Positions 10,301 to 18,719 of a DNA stretch of 64,000 bases are shown in pieces. Every line of letters begins with the position of its first letter. Position 1 is the first letter of the stretch. The position numbers and the translations under genes were made by a program. The notes under the pieces were generated by a model, which did no database searches, was not told where the DNA came from, and worked only from the letters and a program-made list of their open reading frames with translations. The stretch spans positions 3,808,001 through 3,872,000 of the forward strand of contig CBDFJQ010000002.1 of the NCBI GenBank assembly GCA_965248575.1, in the 5' to 3' direction. The DNA is from Planctomycetota bacterium. Lineage in GTDB: Bacteria; Planctomycetota; B15-G4.

Positions 10301-13300
10301 GGTTGAACTCCAGGTCGAAGTAGGTGAGGTCAGGGAAGGTGCGCCGGAACATCCGGTCGCGATCGTCGTAGAGCATGGAGACGGTCTTGCCGCCCGTGGT
10401 CGTGCTGGTGAGGCGGTCGTTCCTGTCGTAGACCATCTGCGTGACGGCCTCTGCCGCAGCGAGAGGCGTGCTCGGATTGAAGTTGGCGAAAAGCATGGCC
10501 ATGCTGTTGCCAAGCCCATCCACATGGAGGTCGGATGCGACCGTCCGGACACGCCCCGAGGCGTCGCGGCTGAAACGCTTGGCGTTTCCGGGGCTGCCGA
10601 TGAGCAAGTAGGGAGGAAGGATCCCGAGCGGATCCAGGGTGGGGGCGGAGGCCGTGCGGGAATCCGCCTGGGCCACCACCTGGTTCTGGCTGCTGTAGGT
10701 CCTGTACTCGCAGCGCCCTTCGGTGTCGGTGGTGCGCACCAGACGACCCAGGCCGTCATAGAGCATCCAGGCAGATTTCTCTTCACCGTTCGGGTTGCCG
10801 AGGTGGTCCACCTCTTCCGTGCGGGTGAAGCGGAGGTTGCCACCCTTGTCGTAGGTGTTGAGGGTGTAGTTGCCCACGGGGTCGAGGGCCGTGATCTGCC
10901 GCATGAGCCCGTCATAGGTGAAGCTCACCTCGTCCCCATTGGGGTCGCGGGTGCGGGTGATGTTGCCGTCCCGGTCGTACTGGTAGAGCGTGACGGAGTC
11001 GCCCGGGTTGTAGGTGTAAGGCAGGCTCAGGTTGGTGTCGGGGACGAAGGCCACATCTGTCTGGGTCACGATGCGGTTCAGGGCATCGCGGGTGAAACGG
11101 ATCTCGGACAGCAGGACATTGCCCGTGGTGTCGTTCTGGGTCTTGCTCGGGCCCCCCAAGGCACCGAGTACCTGGAAGCCGTCGCTGAAGTCCTTGCCGT
11201 CGTAGAGTTGGCGGCGGACAGTGCCCACCGGACTGATCTCGTCCATGAGGCGATGGCGGCCGTCGTAGACGTAGAGCGTCTTTTCGCGCAGGCCGTCGCC
11301 GTCGAGGTCGTCGGGGTGTTCGATCTCCCGGATCTTGCCGTTGGGCGTGTAGTGGTAGGTGGTCTCACCGCTGACGTCGCCGTCGGAGCTGCCTGCAATG
11401 GACTTCCAAAGGAAGTTGCGCTCGTCGTAGGCGAAGGAATCTTCGTTGCCCTCCGGGGAGGTGGCCGAGATCTGGTTGCCGCGGTCGTCGTAGAGGTAGC
11501 GGGTCAGGGCGTCCGTGGAGGAGTCCAACTCCTGAACCATGGAGTTCTGCAAGTTCTGGCGGTTGTAGCTCCAGGTGGTGGTGGACCAGGGGTTGGTCTC
11601 GAAGCCAGCGTTTCGGTTTTCCACTTCGCTGCGCACGAGGTTGCCATTGGCGTCGTAGAAGCCGTAGGTCTCGTATGCAGGCAGCACCATGTGCCCTGCC
11701 AAGCTCCAGAGGGCCACGAGGTCCGGGTCAATGTTGGTGCCGATGCCCACGGCCTCGCGAGCGCGAAGCACCTCGCCCAGCACGTTGCGCGTGAACACCG
11801 TGCGGATGCCCCGGGCGTTGCGCTCGCTGCTGATGTAGCCCCAGGTGTCGCGCACCCACTTGCTGGAGGCGGCCACGTGGGCAACGCCCGCGGGCTTGGT
11901 CCAGTAGGCGGTACCGCCGTTGGGCGGGGCGGCCAGCGGATCAATGTCCGCAATGACTTCCTGCAGGTAACCACCGCTGGCGTCGCTGCCGTAAGTGTAG
12001 AGGGTCAAGGCGCCCTCGGCAGTGCAGGTCGTGAGGACGCGACCGTCATCCTTGTAGGTCTTGACCAGGATGATCTGGCTCGAGGCGCCGGTGAAGACGT
12101 CCACCACGGGGCTGGACGTCGTGACGATCTGCTGGCCAGCGATCTGGTCCGTGACCCCATCGCCGTTCTGGTCGCCGAGGTTCAGGGGATAGCTGCCGAC
12201 ATCGATGCCCCAGTCATCGACCATGGCCTGCAGGCCGGTCAGCAGGGGATCACCTTCCTGGTAATCGAAGGTGGGGGCGACTTCGGCGTGGTTGGTTGGC
12301 GTGCGCCGATTGTAGATGGGTTCGTAGTTGTGAACGATCGAGTAGCGCTTGTCTTCCGCAATGCTGGAGAAGTGGCGGATGACGTCGACGTTGCCGGCCT
12401 GGAAGCGGTCCGTGTCCGCCAGATAAATAAACTGACGGGAGTCGCCCGAGGGATAGGCCAGGGATTCAAGCTCACCTTCTGCGCTGAAGGTGCAGGTCTT
12501 GAGGAAGCTGCCGGGGTCGTTGGGGTGCAAGCCCGCAGTGAAGAGCTCGTAGGTGAGGGTGTTGCCGAGATCGTTGAAGGTGTAGTCCGTGGTGACGCCG
12601 AAGGCATCGAACTTGGAGGCCGTCTTGGCGATGGGGTCGATGGTGTAGACCGTGTTGCCGCCATCCAGAGTGCCCCAATCGTTGTGCCACTCGCGGGTCA
12701 GGGTTTGGAGCACGTCTCCGTTGTAGGCGAACTCCATGGCGGCATCGCCGCTCGCCGCCTCAGCGGGATAGATGACGCCGGTCAAGTTGTGGCGCAGGCG
12801 CGGGTCGGTCTCGCTGGCCGTGGTGTAGGTGAAGCCGAGGGCGCGGCCGGCGGGAAAGTCGTTGTTGGAGCCGTCCGGTGCGAAGACCGGCGTGCCGGTG
12901 ATGGCGGGGGTCGTGACAGAGACGAGGTCGTCGGCAGACGTGGCGAAGGTCCAGGTCCGGCCGCCATGGTCGGTGATGGTTTCCAGCAGGCCTGTGGATG
13001 CGTGGTACGTCAGGCTGACGTCACGCCCCGAAGAGTCGGTGAGGGTCTGGAGGTCACCGGCGGCGGTGTAGGCCAGCGAGATGGACCGGCCGAAGGCGTC
13101 GGTCATGCTCTCGAGCTTGCCTGATGTTGCGCTCGCGTCGATGGTGTGGAAGCGTAGGACAGTGCCTTCCGAGAAGCGGATCTGCCACTCATTACCCACC
13201 AGGCGCGCCTTGCGATAGACGCCCGGGGTGGAGCACTCCTGCAGCGTGCCGTTCACCTCATACTCGTCCACGGCAAAGCGGACACCGTCGAAGTGCACCA

Positions 13301-13667
13301 ACTCGCTGCCGTCCAGCCAGACGCGTTGCTCCCAGTTGTGGGACCAGTTGCGGCCGATGGGGCCGCTGTAATCGATCTGGCTCCTGTAGTGGATGTCGAA
13401 GGGCAGGTACATGCCGAGCGCAGACGTCTCGAAGATCCTGCTACCGAAGGACACTTCGCCGTTGTGAAGCGAGACGCCGGCGATGTCGTCCAGGTCGTCT
13501 ACCTGTGCATTTCGGGCCGGCCGGAATCCTTCCACGGTGCTGTTGGCGTTCGGGCCCGCGCCCGAGCGCGTCACAGTCACCTGTTGGGCAGAGGCGACGG
13601 GTGTCGGCAGGAAGAGTGCAGAGAGACACAGGCACGCAAAGGCGCGCAGGCTTTTTCGACGCAGCAT
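7386..13667 (-). CDS. RHS/YD-repeat protein with Sec signal peptide, DUF6531-like N-terminus, RHS core and C-terminal membrane anchor
   Basis: Signal ..PVASA-QQ; YRSQ..GPIGRNWSHNWE; many YD repeats; ERYTYDAYG, FTGTYYD, YYFRSRHMDPAEGRFLTRDP, YAFVANSPHNRKDPLG; C-terminal TM followed by RRRK. Confidence 0.92.
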   Translation of the reverse strand: MLRRKSLRAFACLCLSALFLPTPVASAQQVTVTRSGAGPNANSTVEGFRPARNAQVDDLDDIAGVSLHNGEVSFGSRIFETSALGMYLPFDIHYRSQIDYSGPIGRNWSHNWEQRVWLDGSELVHFDGVRFAVDEYEVNGTLQECSTPGVYRKARLVGNEWQIRFSEGTVLRFHTIDASATSGKLESMTDAFGRSISLAYTAAGDLQTLTDSSGRDVSLTYHASTGLLETITDHGGRTWTFATSADDLVSVTTPAITGTPVFAPDGSNNDFPAGRALGFTYTTASETDPRLRHNLTGVIYPAEAASGDAAMEFAYNGDVLQTLTREWHNDWGTLDGGNTVYTIDPIAKTASKFDAFGVTTDYTFNDLGNTLTYELFTAGLHPNDPGSFLKTCTFSAEGELESLAYPSGDSRQFIYLADTDRFQAGNVDVIRHFSSIAEDKRYSIVHNYEPIYNRRTPTNHAEVAPTFDYQEGDPLLTGLQAMVDDWGIDVGSYPLNLGDQNGDGVTDQIAGQQIVTTSSPVVDVFTGASSQIILVKTYKDDGRVLTTCTAEGALTLYTYGSDASGGYLQEVIADIDPLAAPPNGGTAYWTKPAGVAHVAASSKWVRDTWGYISSERNARGIRTVFTRNVLGEVLRAREAVGIGTNIDPDLVALWSLAGHMVLPAYETYGFYDANGNLVRSEVENRNAGFETNPWSTTTWSYNRQNLQNSMVQELDSSTDALTRYLYDDRGNQISATSPEGNEDSFAYDERNFLWKSIAGSSDGDVSGETTYHYTPNGKIREIEHPDDLDGDGLREKTLYVYDGRHRLMDEISPVGTVRRQLYDGKDFSDGFQVLGALGGPSKTQNDTTGNVLLSEIRFTRDALNRIVTQTDVAFVPDTNLSLPYTYNPGDSVTLYQYDRDGNITRTRDPNGDEVSFTYDGLMRQITALDPVGNYTLNTYDKGGNLRFTRTEEVDHLGNPNGEEKSAWMLYDGLGRLVRTTDTEGRCEYRTYSSQNQVVAQADSRTASAPTLDPLGILPPYLLIGSPGNAKRFSRDASGRVRTVASDLHVDGLGNSMAMLFANFNPSTPLAAAEAVTQMVYDRNDRLTSTTTGGKTVSMLYDDRDRMFRRTFPDLTYFDLEFNRDGSILEQRDYDALFNLHGGMTLSRDGDSRVVSSELNQLSLPGSSGTHYEYSGLNQETRMVDDNGPLPDSVVTRSWDSLGRMLVETQDGYTVTTEYDAHSNRVGLWYPNGRHLTRGYDELDRLESIFDGLQPVAQSDYFGVGRLAHRTLGNNVSLSLEQPLPSTSDVTGYSPDGNRRNAFHLDPGGLMIDRYEEAYDVNEQRVAEARELYSPPGVGASTLSDAMEYDSLDRLRRFERDDDGFQADRVQEYDIDQDSTWLSMTVNGLSHAFGTGLTWAYDSIAGEALQHDSAGNRTGDRWFTYIYDGFDRLIEVKRNDNSQTFLRFGYDAYDRRIRKEFTNTKSQLVTTRYLYDRDEVVEERTGLGSLVAQYVQGDMLDDVIQMRRDLDSNGSLDDVYYLMDPFGNVSALTDDTGNVIERYTYDAYGAPRFLNSAGVDQDLLSSAWNNPRLFTGTYYDHEFASMKEAIDVVHSYFTPWSRATGQYYFRSRHMDPAEGRFLTRDPMSVDGNTTMQPHLLVGRILDKGTNESPYAFVANSPHNRKDPLGQQDTRPPVMPDGSLAEQYWDDKVQRYRWPAGARRPDGGPAAGGQFAPPPEKPAGRVPRPRGGGGWRKWVKGAAGLIGVVDIAESLWASGLTGILNPDVWVDTTGSCVANVLNPAELVTGKLCEPLEAEVLPGGGLMGGTPKTKPVPPKTGASNYSLKRFKLFGRTCAPGDTGPRAPGPGGGAGPRGKGGGTRPPPVTPANKSMRMVMTGRKCLPENQEHPDDPVSLPPGGGTTAPGPVTPGNPGESFKVNKRKKLNDPFYVPSSCKTDECDGDECDCAPNGSHTGGFGKLDLSTEKPALLALDISPGVERNRLSWAFESRGAGTSYSLQTLCPGSNEWVALGEGVLEGSALQTATDTDAVAGSQYRLLVAGPTGSSWEYGPFEARSAPLEEDGSGQVALLSLASMAALLFGSVTRRRKHTSAQDN

Positions 13668-13959
13668 GGTTCATGACCCTGTAACGAGGGAGGGGGCCGA
13701 TTGCAGCGCGTAGGTGTCGCGGGCCAACCGAGCGGTTTCAGGAAGTTGAAACGGCACGCCCGCAAAGCCGGCGGGCATCAGGTGCCGAATGGACAGGCCG
13801 ACCCGCGTTTCATCCCCAGCGACATGCGGCGTGATCGCTGCACGACCCCTCAAACGCGCCCCAGACAGAAGGAAGCCAAGAAATGCTCCGTTCGCCAAAC
13901 CTCCCGGTCCCAGGAATAGACGGACCTACCCAACGCGGTGAGCCTCATCCCAAGACCCG

Positions 13960-14277
13960 GTGCTGAGTGCCCAAGATCGCACGAGGAGGAGATCGAAGCC
14001 TTGCGGGCTGTCAGGATCAGGCGGCGCGGCGGAGGGGCTCGCGGCGGGTCTCCTGCTGATGTCCGGTTTCGCCCCTGAGGCGCTCTGTTTTTGGCTCTCG
14101 GGGTTCTTTGCCGTCAAGGCCGCGTACATGCCGGCGAAGCAGAGGTCTCGAATCGCAGTCTGCCTCGTGCCGGTCTTGATCTTGTATCCGTTCGCCTTGA
14201 TGGCCGTCGTTGCGTCGACTCTCTTTGGCCTCAGCGACTCGCGAGGCTTGGAGGCGAGTCGTATGCTCGCGCGCTGA
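13960..14277 (+). CDS. Small hypothetical membrane protein (start uncertain)
   Basis: Two to three hydrophobic segments; no recognised family. Confidence 0.35.
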   Translation: MLSAQDRTRRRSKPCGLSGSGGAAEGLAAGLLLMSGFAPEALCFWLSGFFAVKAAYMPAKQRSRIAVCLVPVLILYPFALMAVVASTLFGLSDSRGLEASRMLAR

Positions 14278-14369
14278 GAGGCTCGTGGCTCAACGAGGGC
14301 GGGGGCCAAACTTGGCGCTTCGAGTTCGAAGCCCATCTGCCGACTCGCTCGCCACGCTCAGGAGACCTT

Positions 14370-14576
14370 ATGAACGAATCACCCGAAGGAACGGGAGTCC
14401 TCTCCCTCTTCAAAGGGTCGGCTGTGTGGTTTGGCCTCGCCCTCACTCTCGCGGGCTATCTCTGCGAAGAGTTCGTTGGCAGCGAGCATGCCTTCGAGTT
14501 CCTGATGTTCTTTGGTGGGCTGAATCTCGGGATCGGCCTGGGTGGGAACATCGTCAGGAGAAAGTTGGCTACCTGA
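14370..14576 (+). CDS. Small 2-TM hypothetical protein (68 aa)
   Basis: AGGAGA SD before ATG 14370; two TM helices, basic tail. Confidence 0.6.
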   Translation: MNESPEGTGVLSLFKGSAVWFGLALTLAGYLCEEFVGSEHAFEFLMFFGGLNLGIGLGGNIVRRKLAT

Positions 14577-14600
14577 GCCGCATACCGAGACGGTCGCCAC

Positions 14601-14700
14601 ATGACGCGCAGGAAGTCACTTCGGGGAGTGCTCAACGGGTTCCTGGGCACCTTCAGCAGCTGGAACTCCGACTACCAGGGCTACGAGGTCTTCGGGATTC
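14601..14700 (+). pseudogene. Possible 5' remnant of a truncated gene
   Basis: Protein-like start MTRRKSLRGVLNGFLGTFSSWNSDYQGYEVFG, after which the frame runs into the PadR promoter and becomes a shadow frame of PadR. Confidence 0.25.
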
Positions 14701-14704
14701 GGGG

Positions 14705-14733
14705 TTGCACTATATCCGCAACGGATATAGTGT
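14705..14733 (+). promoter_or_regulatory. Sigma70-like promoter overlapped by a palindromic operator (probable PadR autoregulatory site)
   Basis: TTGCAC(14705-10)-17 nt-TAGTGT(14728-33); perfect inverted repeat CACTATATCCG-CAA-CGGATATAGTG at 14708-14732; ATG 6 nt after the -10. Confidence 0.75.
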
Positions 14734-14739
14734 CGAGGC

Positions 14740-15102
14740 ATGGCAAAGAGCAAAACGAAGGCGCCGCTCACTCCCGCGGTGCTCCATATCCTCCTGGCGC
14801 TCTCCGCCGAGGATCGGCACGGCTACGGGATCATGAAGCAGGTCGAGTCGGACTCCCAAGGCAAGGTCAACATGGGGCCGGGGACGCTCTACGGTTCCAT
14901 AGGGCGAATGATCGACGCCGGCTTGATCCGGGAGAGTGACAAGCAACCCGAGCCAGAATCGGGTGACGAGCGACGTGTCTATTACAAGATCAGTGGGGCA
15001 GGCAGTCAGGCGCTGGCTGCTGAATTGCAGCGCTACCGGGGGGTTGTCGCCGTGGCCAGGCAGCGACGACTCTCGCCGGACACTCTTGCGTACGGCACAT
15101 GA
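14740..15102 (+). CDS. PadR family transcriptional regulator
   Basis: ILLAL..RHGYGIMK..GPGTLYGSI.RM..GLI..ERRVYY. Confidence 0.93.
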   Translation: MAKSKTKAPLTPAVLHILLALSAEDRHGYGIMKQVESDSQGKVNMGPGTLYGSIGRMIDAGLIRESDKQPEPESGDERRVYYKISGAGSQALAAELQRYRGVVAVARQRRLSPDTLAYGT

Positions 15103-16469
15103 ACACCCAAGCCCACGACACCCGAGCTCCCACGACGAATCATCAGATGAAACTCAGCCTTTTCCTGGCGACTGTCCTCACGCTGGCGTTGAGCGCTCCC
15201 GGCTTCGCGCAAGCCCTGGACGAAGCCAAGCTCGACGCGTTCCTGGACAGGCTCAGCCAGAAGAACCAGGCGATGGGGAGTCTCGCCCTCACCAAGGGCG
15301 GCGAAGCTGTCTACCGTCGCGCCTTTGGCTACAGCCTGATCGACGGTGCTGAGCGCACCCCTGCCACTGTCTCGACCCGCTATCGCATGGCTTCGATCAC
15401 GAAGATGTTCACGGCCGTGATGGTCTTCCAGCTCATCGAAGAAGGAAAGCTGGAGCTCTCGGACACGCTCGACAACTACTACCCACAGATCCGGAATGCC
15501 GAGCGGATCTCCATCGCTCAGCTGCTCGGGCACCGCAGCGGAGTCCACGACTTCACCAAGGGCCGCGTTGACCCTGAATGGAGGACGCGTGCGAAGACAA
15601 AGGAGCAGATGATTGCCGTCATCGCGGGCGGCAAGCCGGAGTTCGAGCCTGGCGCGCTCACCGATTACAGCAACTCGGGTTTCCTGCTGCTGGGCTACAT
15701 CGTCGAAGAGGTGGGAGCTGCGCCTTATCCGCAAGCCCTCCGTGAGCGCATCAGCTCGAAGCTCGAGCTCAAGGCGACGACCTGCGGCATCGAGGACACA
15801 GGTGAGGGCGAACATGAGAGCGCTTCCTATCGGTGGGTCAGCGATTGGGAGCGGCAAGTCGAGACCCATCTGAGCATCGCGGGCGGGGCTGGCGCCCTGA
15901 TCTCCACACCGACCGACCTGGCAGCGTTCATCCGAGGCCTGTTCGATCTCGAACTGGTCTCGCAGGACAGTCTCGATCAGATGGTGCAGCACAGCTTCGG
16001 CATGGAGACCTTCACCTACAACGGTGCGACGTGCTACGGGCACACCGGGGGGATCGACAACTTCGGCTCGTGGTTGGCGTACGACCCTCGGGAGAAGCTG
16101 GCGGTCGCCTATCTCTCGAACGCAAAGGTCTACCCGGTGGCCGACATCGTGCAGGGCGTGTTCGACATCTACTGGGGCGATCCGTTTGAGATTCCTTCTT
16201 TTGAATCGCTCGCTGTCAGCCCTGAGGTCTTGGAGAGCTACGTCGGCGTCTATTCCAACCCGGAGGCTCCGGTGCAGTTCGTGGTGACCAGGGAGGACGC
16301 GACGCTGTTCCTCCAGATGAGTGGGCAATCCGCCGTCCCACTCGAGGCCACCGCCATGAACAGGTTCGAGATGGCGAACATGGGAATGGCCCTCGAGTTC
16401 GACGCCACGACGGGCCAGATGACCCTCCTGCGGGGAGGGCGAGGGAAGGTGTTCACGAAAGGTGATTGA
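15099..16469 (+). CDS. Serine hydrolase, beta-lactamase/peptidase S12 family, secreted (alternative start 15147)
   Basis: SxxK (SITK), LLGHRSG, YSN, HTG motifs; signal peptide ..AFA-type (PGFA-Q); ATGA overlap with padR. Confidence 0.9.
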   Translation: MNTQAHDTRAPTTNHQMKLSLFLATVLTLALSAPGFAQALDEAKLDAFLDRLSQKNQAMGSLALTKGGEAVYRRAFGYSLIDGAERTPATVSTRYRMASITKMFTAVMVFQLIEEGKLELSDTLDNYYPQIRNAERISIAQLLGHRSGVHDFTKGRVDPEWRTRAKTKEQMIAVIAGGKPEFEPGALTDYSNSGFLLLGYIVEEVGAAPYPQALRERISSKLELKATTCGIEDTGEGEHESASYRWVSDWERQVETHLSIAGGAGALISTPTDLAAFIRGLFDLELVSQDSLDQMVQHSFGMETFTYNGATCYGHTGGIDNFGSWLAYDPREKLAVAYLSNAKVYPVADIVQGVFDIYWGDPFEIPSFESLAVSPEVLESYVGVYSNPEAPVQFVVTREDATLFLQMSGQSAVPLEATAMNRFEMANMGMALEFDATTGQMTLLRGGRGKVFTKGD

Positions 16470-16530
16470 AGAGCCCTCGCGGCCGTAGTGGTCGCCTCCC
16501 CGAATCGAATCTCTCTGGGTCCTCATGCGC

Positions 16531-17298
16531 ATGGCACACGAACACACGCAACGACGCTTTCGGGGCTGGTACGCAACACTGCTCCGCCTCTATCCGAAGC
16601 GCTATCGCGAGCGCTTCGGGGCACCCATGCAACAGACCTTCAACGACGCGCTCGGGGCTCGGGCAGAGCAGGGGAAGGGGCTCTTCGGCCTGGCTGTCTG
16701 GATGTTCGTGGAAACCTTTGCGGGGTGTCTCAGGGAGAACTGGGCACGTGTTGCCGTGCGTAGGGGAAGCATGGCCCGTGTCGCGCTTGCAACGGCGTGC
16801 GTCCTGATGTTGCCCGCCTTGGCGATGGGGTTCAGCGAAGAGGTGCGCTGGGATCTGGCTGACTTCGCTGTCGCCGGTGGGCTGTTGATGGGCGCGGGGC
16901 TCACCTATGAGCTGATCGCAGGCAGAGCTGGGAACAGGGCGTACCGGGCCGCCGTCGGTCTCGCCGTGGCAGCCGCGCTGCTGCTCGTCTGGGTCACTCT
17001 TGCCGTCGGTCTCATTGGCCGTGCGGTGGAGCCCGCCAACTTGATGTTCCTGGGCGTGCTCACCGTCGGAGCTCTCGGGGCCGTGATCGCACGCTTCCAA
17101 GCCCACGGCATGGCGGTCGCCTTGCGCGCGACAGCAGCTGCCCAGGTCCTGGTCGGCGTGATCGCGGTCGCTGGCGATCTGGGTGGATCGGGGCCCATCT
17201 GGTCGCGGGATGTCTTGGCTGCCACGGTGATCTTCGCCGGGCTTTGGGTCGGATCGTCCCTGCTCTTCCAACGCGCGAGCGCTTCGAGGCCGATCTAA
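16531..17298 (+). CDS. PadR-associated membrane protein (alternative start 16525)
   Basis: LLRLYP..YRERFG..M..F N-terminal motif typical of PadR partner proteins; about 6 TM. Confidence 0.75.
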   Translation: MAHEHTQRRFRGWYATLLRLYPKRYRERFGAPMQQTFNDALGARAEQGKGLFGLAVWMFVETFAGCLRENWARVAVRRGSMARVALATACVLMLPALAMGFSEEVRWDLADFAVAGGLLMGAGLTYELIAGRAGNRAYRAAVGLAVAAALLLVWVTLAVGLIGRAVEPANLMFLGVLTVGALGAVIARFQAHGMAVALRATAAAQVLVGVIAVAGDLGGSGPIWSRDVLAATVIFAGLWVGSSLLFQRASASRPI

Positions 17299-17342
17299 TA
17301 CTGATCTGCATTCGTCGGAAGGGTTGGTAGGCCGAGCGCCCC

Positions 17343-18719
17343 TCACCCCAACGGCTTCAAGCTCTGCAGCGTCGTGGGAACCAACTCCGACACCGTCGGG
17401 TGAATGTGCACCGCCCTTGAGATGACCGTGTACGGCATCTTCGCGTACATCACGTCGAGCAGGCCGTGCACCACCTCGTCGCCGTTGATGCCGAGGATGG
17501 CTGCCCCCAGGATCTCCTCGCTGTCGGCGTCCACCAGGATCTTGATGAAGCCGTCGGTCTCGCTGCGCTCCTTGGCACGGCCGACATGTTTCATGGGGCG
17601 CTTGCCCATCAGCACGTTGCGGCCGGAGTCGCGGGCCTGTTGCTCGGTCATGCCGATGCGGCCCAGAGGCGGGTCGGTGTAGAGGCCGTAGCAGAGGATG
17701 CGGTCGCTCACCCGGCGCGGATCGTCGTCGAGGCGGTTGGCGGCCACGATCTCGAAGTCGTTGTAGGCCGTGTGGGTGAAGGCGCCCTGGCCGTTGCAGT
17801 CGCCCAGGGCCCAGATGCCGGGCACGTTCGTCTTGAGCTCGTCGTTCACCTCGATGAAGCCGCGGCTCGTGCTGGAGACACCTGCCGCCGGCAGGTTGAG
17901 GGAGTCGGTGTTGGGGACCCGTCCGACGGCGAGCAGCAGGTGCGAACCCTCGACGTCCGACGGGTCCTGGCTGCAGTCGACCTGCACGGCGACGCCGTCG
18001 GGCGTCTTGCGCGTCTCCAAGCACTCGGCGTTGAGTCGGACCGTGATGCCTTCGCGCTCGAGGAACTGGAGCACCGCTGCCGACACGTCCGGGTCGTCGC
18101 GCGGGATCAGCCGGTCGCCGCGTTCAATGATGGTCACCTCGCTGCCGAAGCGCCGGTACATCTGCCCGAACTCGAGGCCGATGTAGCTGCCGCCGATGAT
18201 CACCAGGTGCTTCGGCAGGAAGTCGACCTCCATCATGCTGGAGCTGGTGAGGTAGTCGATCTCGTCGAGACCGGGCAGGTCTGGGACGAAGGCGCGCGCA
18301 CCGACGTTCACGTAGATGCTGTCGGCTTCGAGCACTTGCCCGTTGACCTCGACGCTGTTCGGGCTCTGGAACTGCGCGTGGCCTCGAATCAGGTCGACGT
18401 TCTCCAAGCCTTCGAGCCAGTTGGTGACGCCCGTGGAGGATTGGCCCGAGATCTTCTTCATGCGTGCTTTGACCCTGGGCATGTCCACGCGGATGGGGCC
18501 GTCGATCACGACGCCGAAGTCGGAGCCGCGTCGTGCCATGTGCGCCGCCCGCGCGCTGGCCACCAAGGCCTTCGTGGGGATGCAGCCCACGTTGACGCAG
18601 CTGCCGCCGACCTTGTCGCGTTCGATGATGGCGACCTTCATGCCCGCCGCGTCGAAGCGGCCGGCCAAGGAAGGGCCCGCCTGTCCGGTGCCGATGATGA
18701 TCGCGTCGTAGCGGGTCAT
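17343..18719 (-). CDS. FAD-dependent pyridine nucleotide-disulfide oxidoreductase (mercuric reductase/RclA-like family)
   Basis: GTGQAG, GGSCVNVGCIPTK redox dithiol, GGSYIGLE, HPTVSE; no C-terminal CC pair. Confidence 0.9.
   Translation of the reverse strand: MTRYDAIIIGTGQAGPSLAGRFDAAGMKVAIIERDKVGGSCVNVGCIPTKALVASARAAHMARRGSDFGVVIDGPIRVDMPRVKARMKKISGQSSTGVTNWLEGLENVDLIRGHAQFQSPNSVEVNGQVLEADSIYVNVGARAFVPDLPGLDEIDYLTSSSMMEVDFLPKHLVIIGGSYIGLEFGQMYRRFGSEVTIIERGDRLIPRDDPDVSAAVLQFLEREGITVRLNAECLETRKTPDGVAVQVDCSQDPSDVEGSHLLLAVGRVPNTDSLNLPAAGVSSTSRGFIEVNDELKTNVPGIWALGDCNGQGAFTHTAYNDFEIVAANRLDDDPRRVSDRILCYGLYTDPPLGRIGMTEQQARDSGRNVLMGKRPMKHVGRAKERSETDGFIKILVDADSEEILGAAILGINGDEVVHGLLDVMYAKMPYTVISRAVHIHPTVSELVPTTLQSLKPLG

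Noticed and set aside
9558..13124. 1188-aa plus-strand ORF and many other long antisense ORFs (e.g. 36734-38761, 24944-26485, 16453-18024)
   Set aside because: Shadow frames of high-GC genes on the opposite strand; no motifs and biased composition
7386..13667. T6SS effector or classical toxin-immunity pair
   Set aside because: Sec signal present; no PAAR/VgrG/EagR, no recognisable toxin motif and no downstream immunity ORF
15099..16469. True class C beta-lactamase resistance gene
   Set aside because: The motifs are shared across the S12 peptidase/esterase family, so substrate cannot be inferred; the same applies to 38994-40376
17343..18719. merA call
   Set aside because: No C-terminal Cys-Cys, no NmerA domain and no merR/T/P nearby
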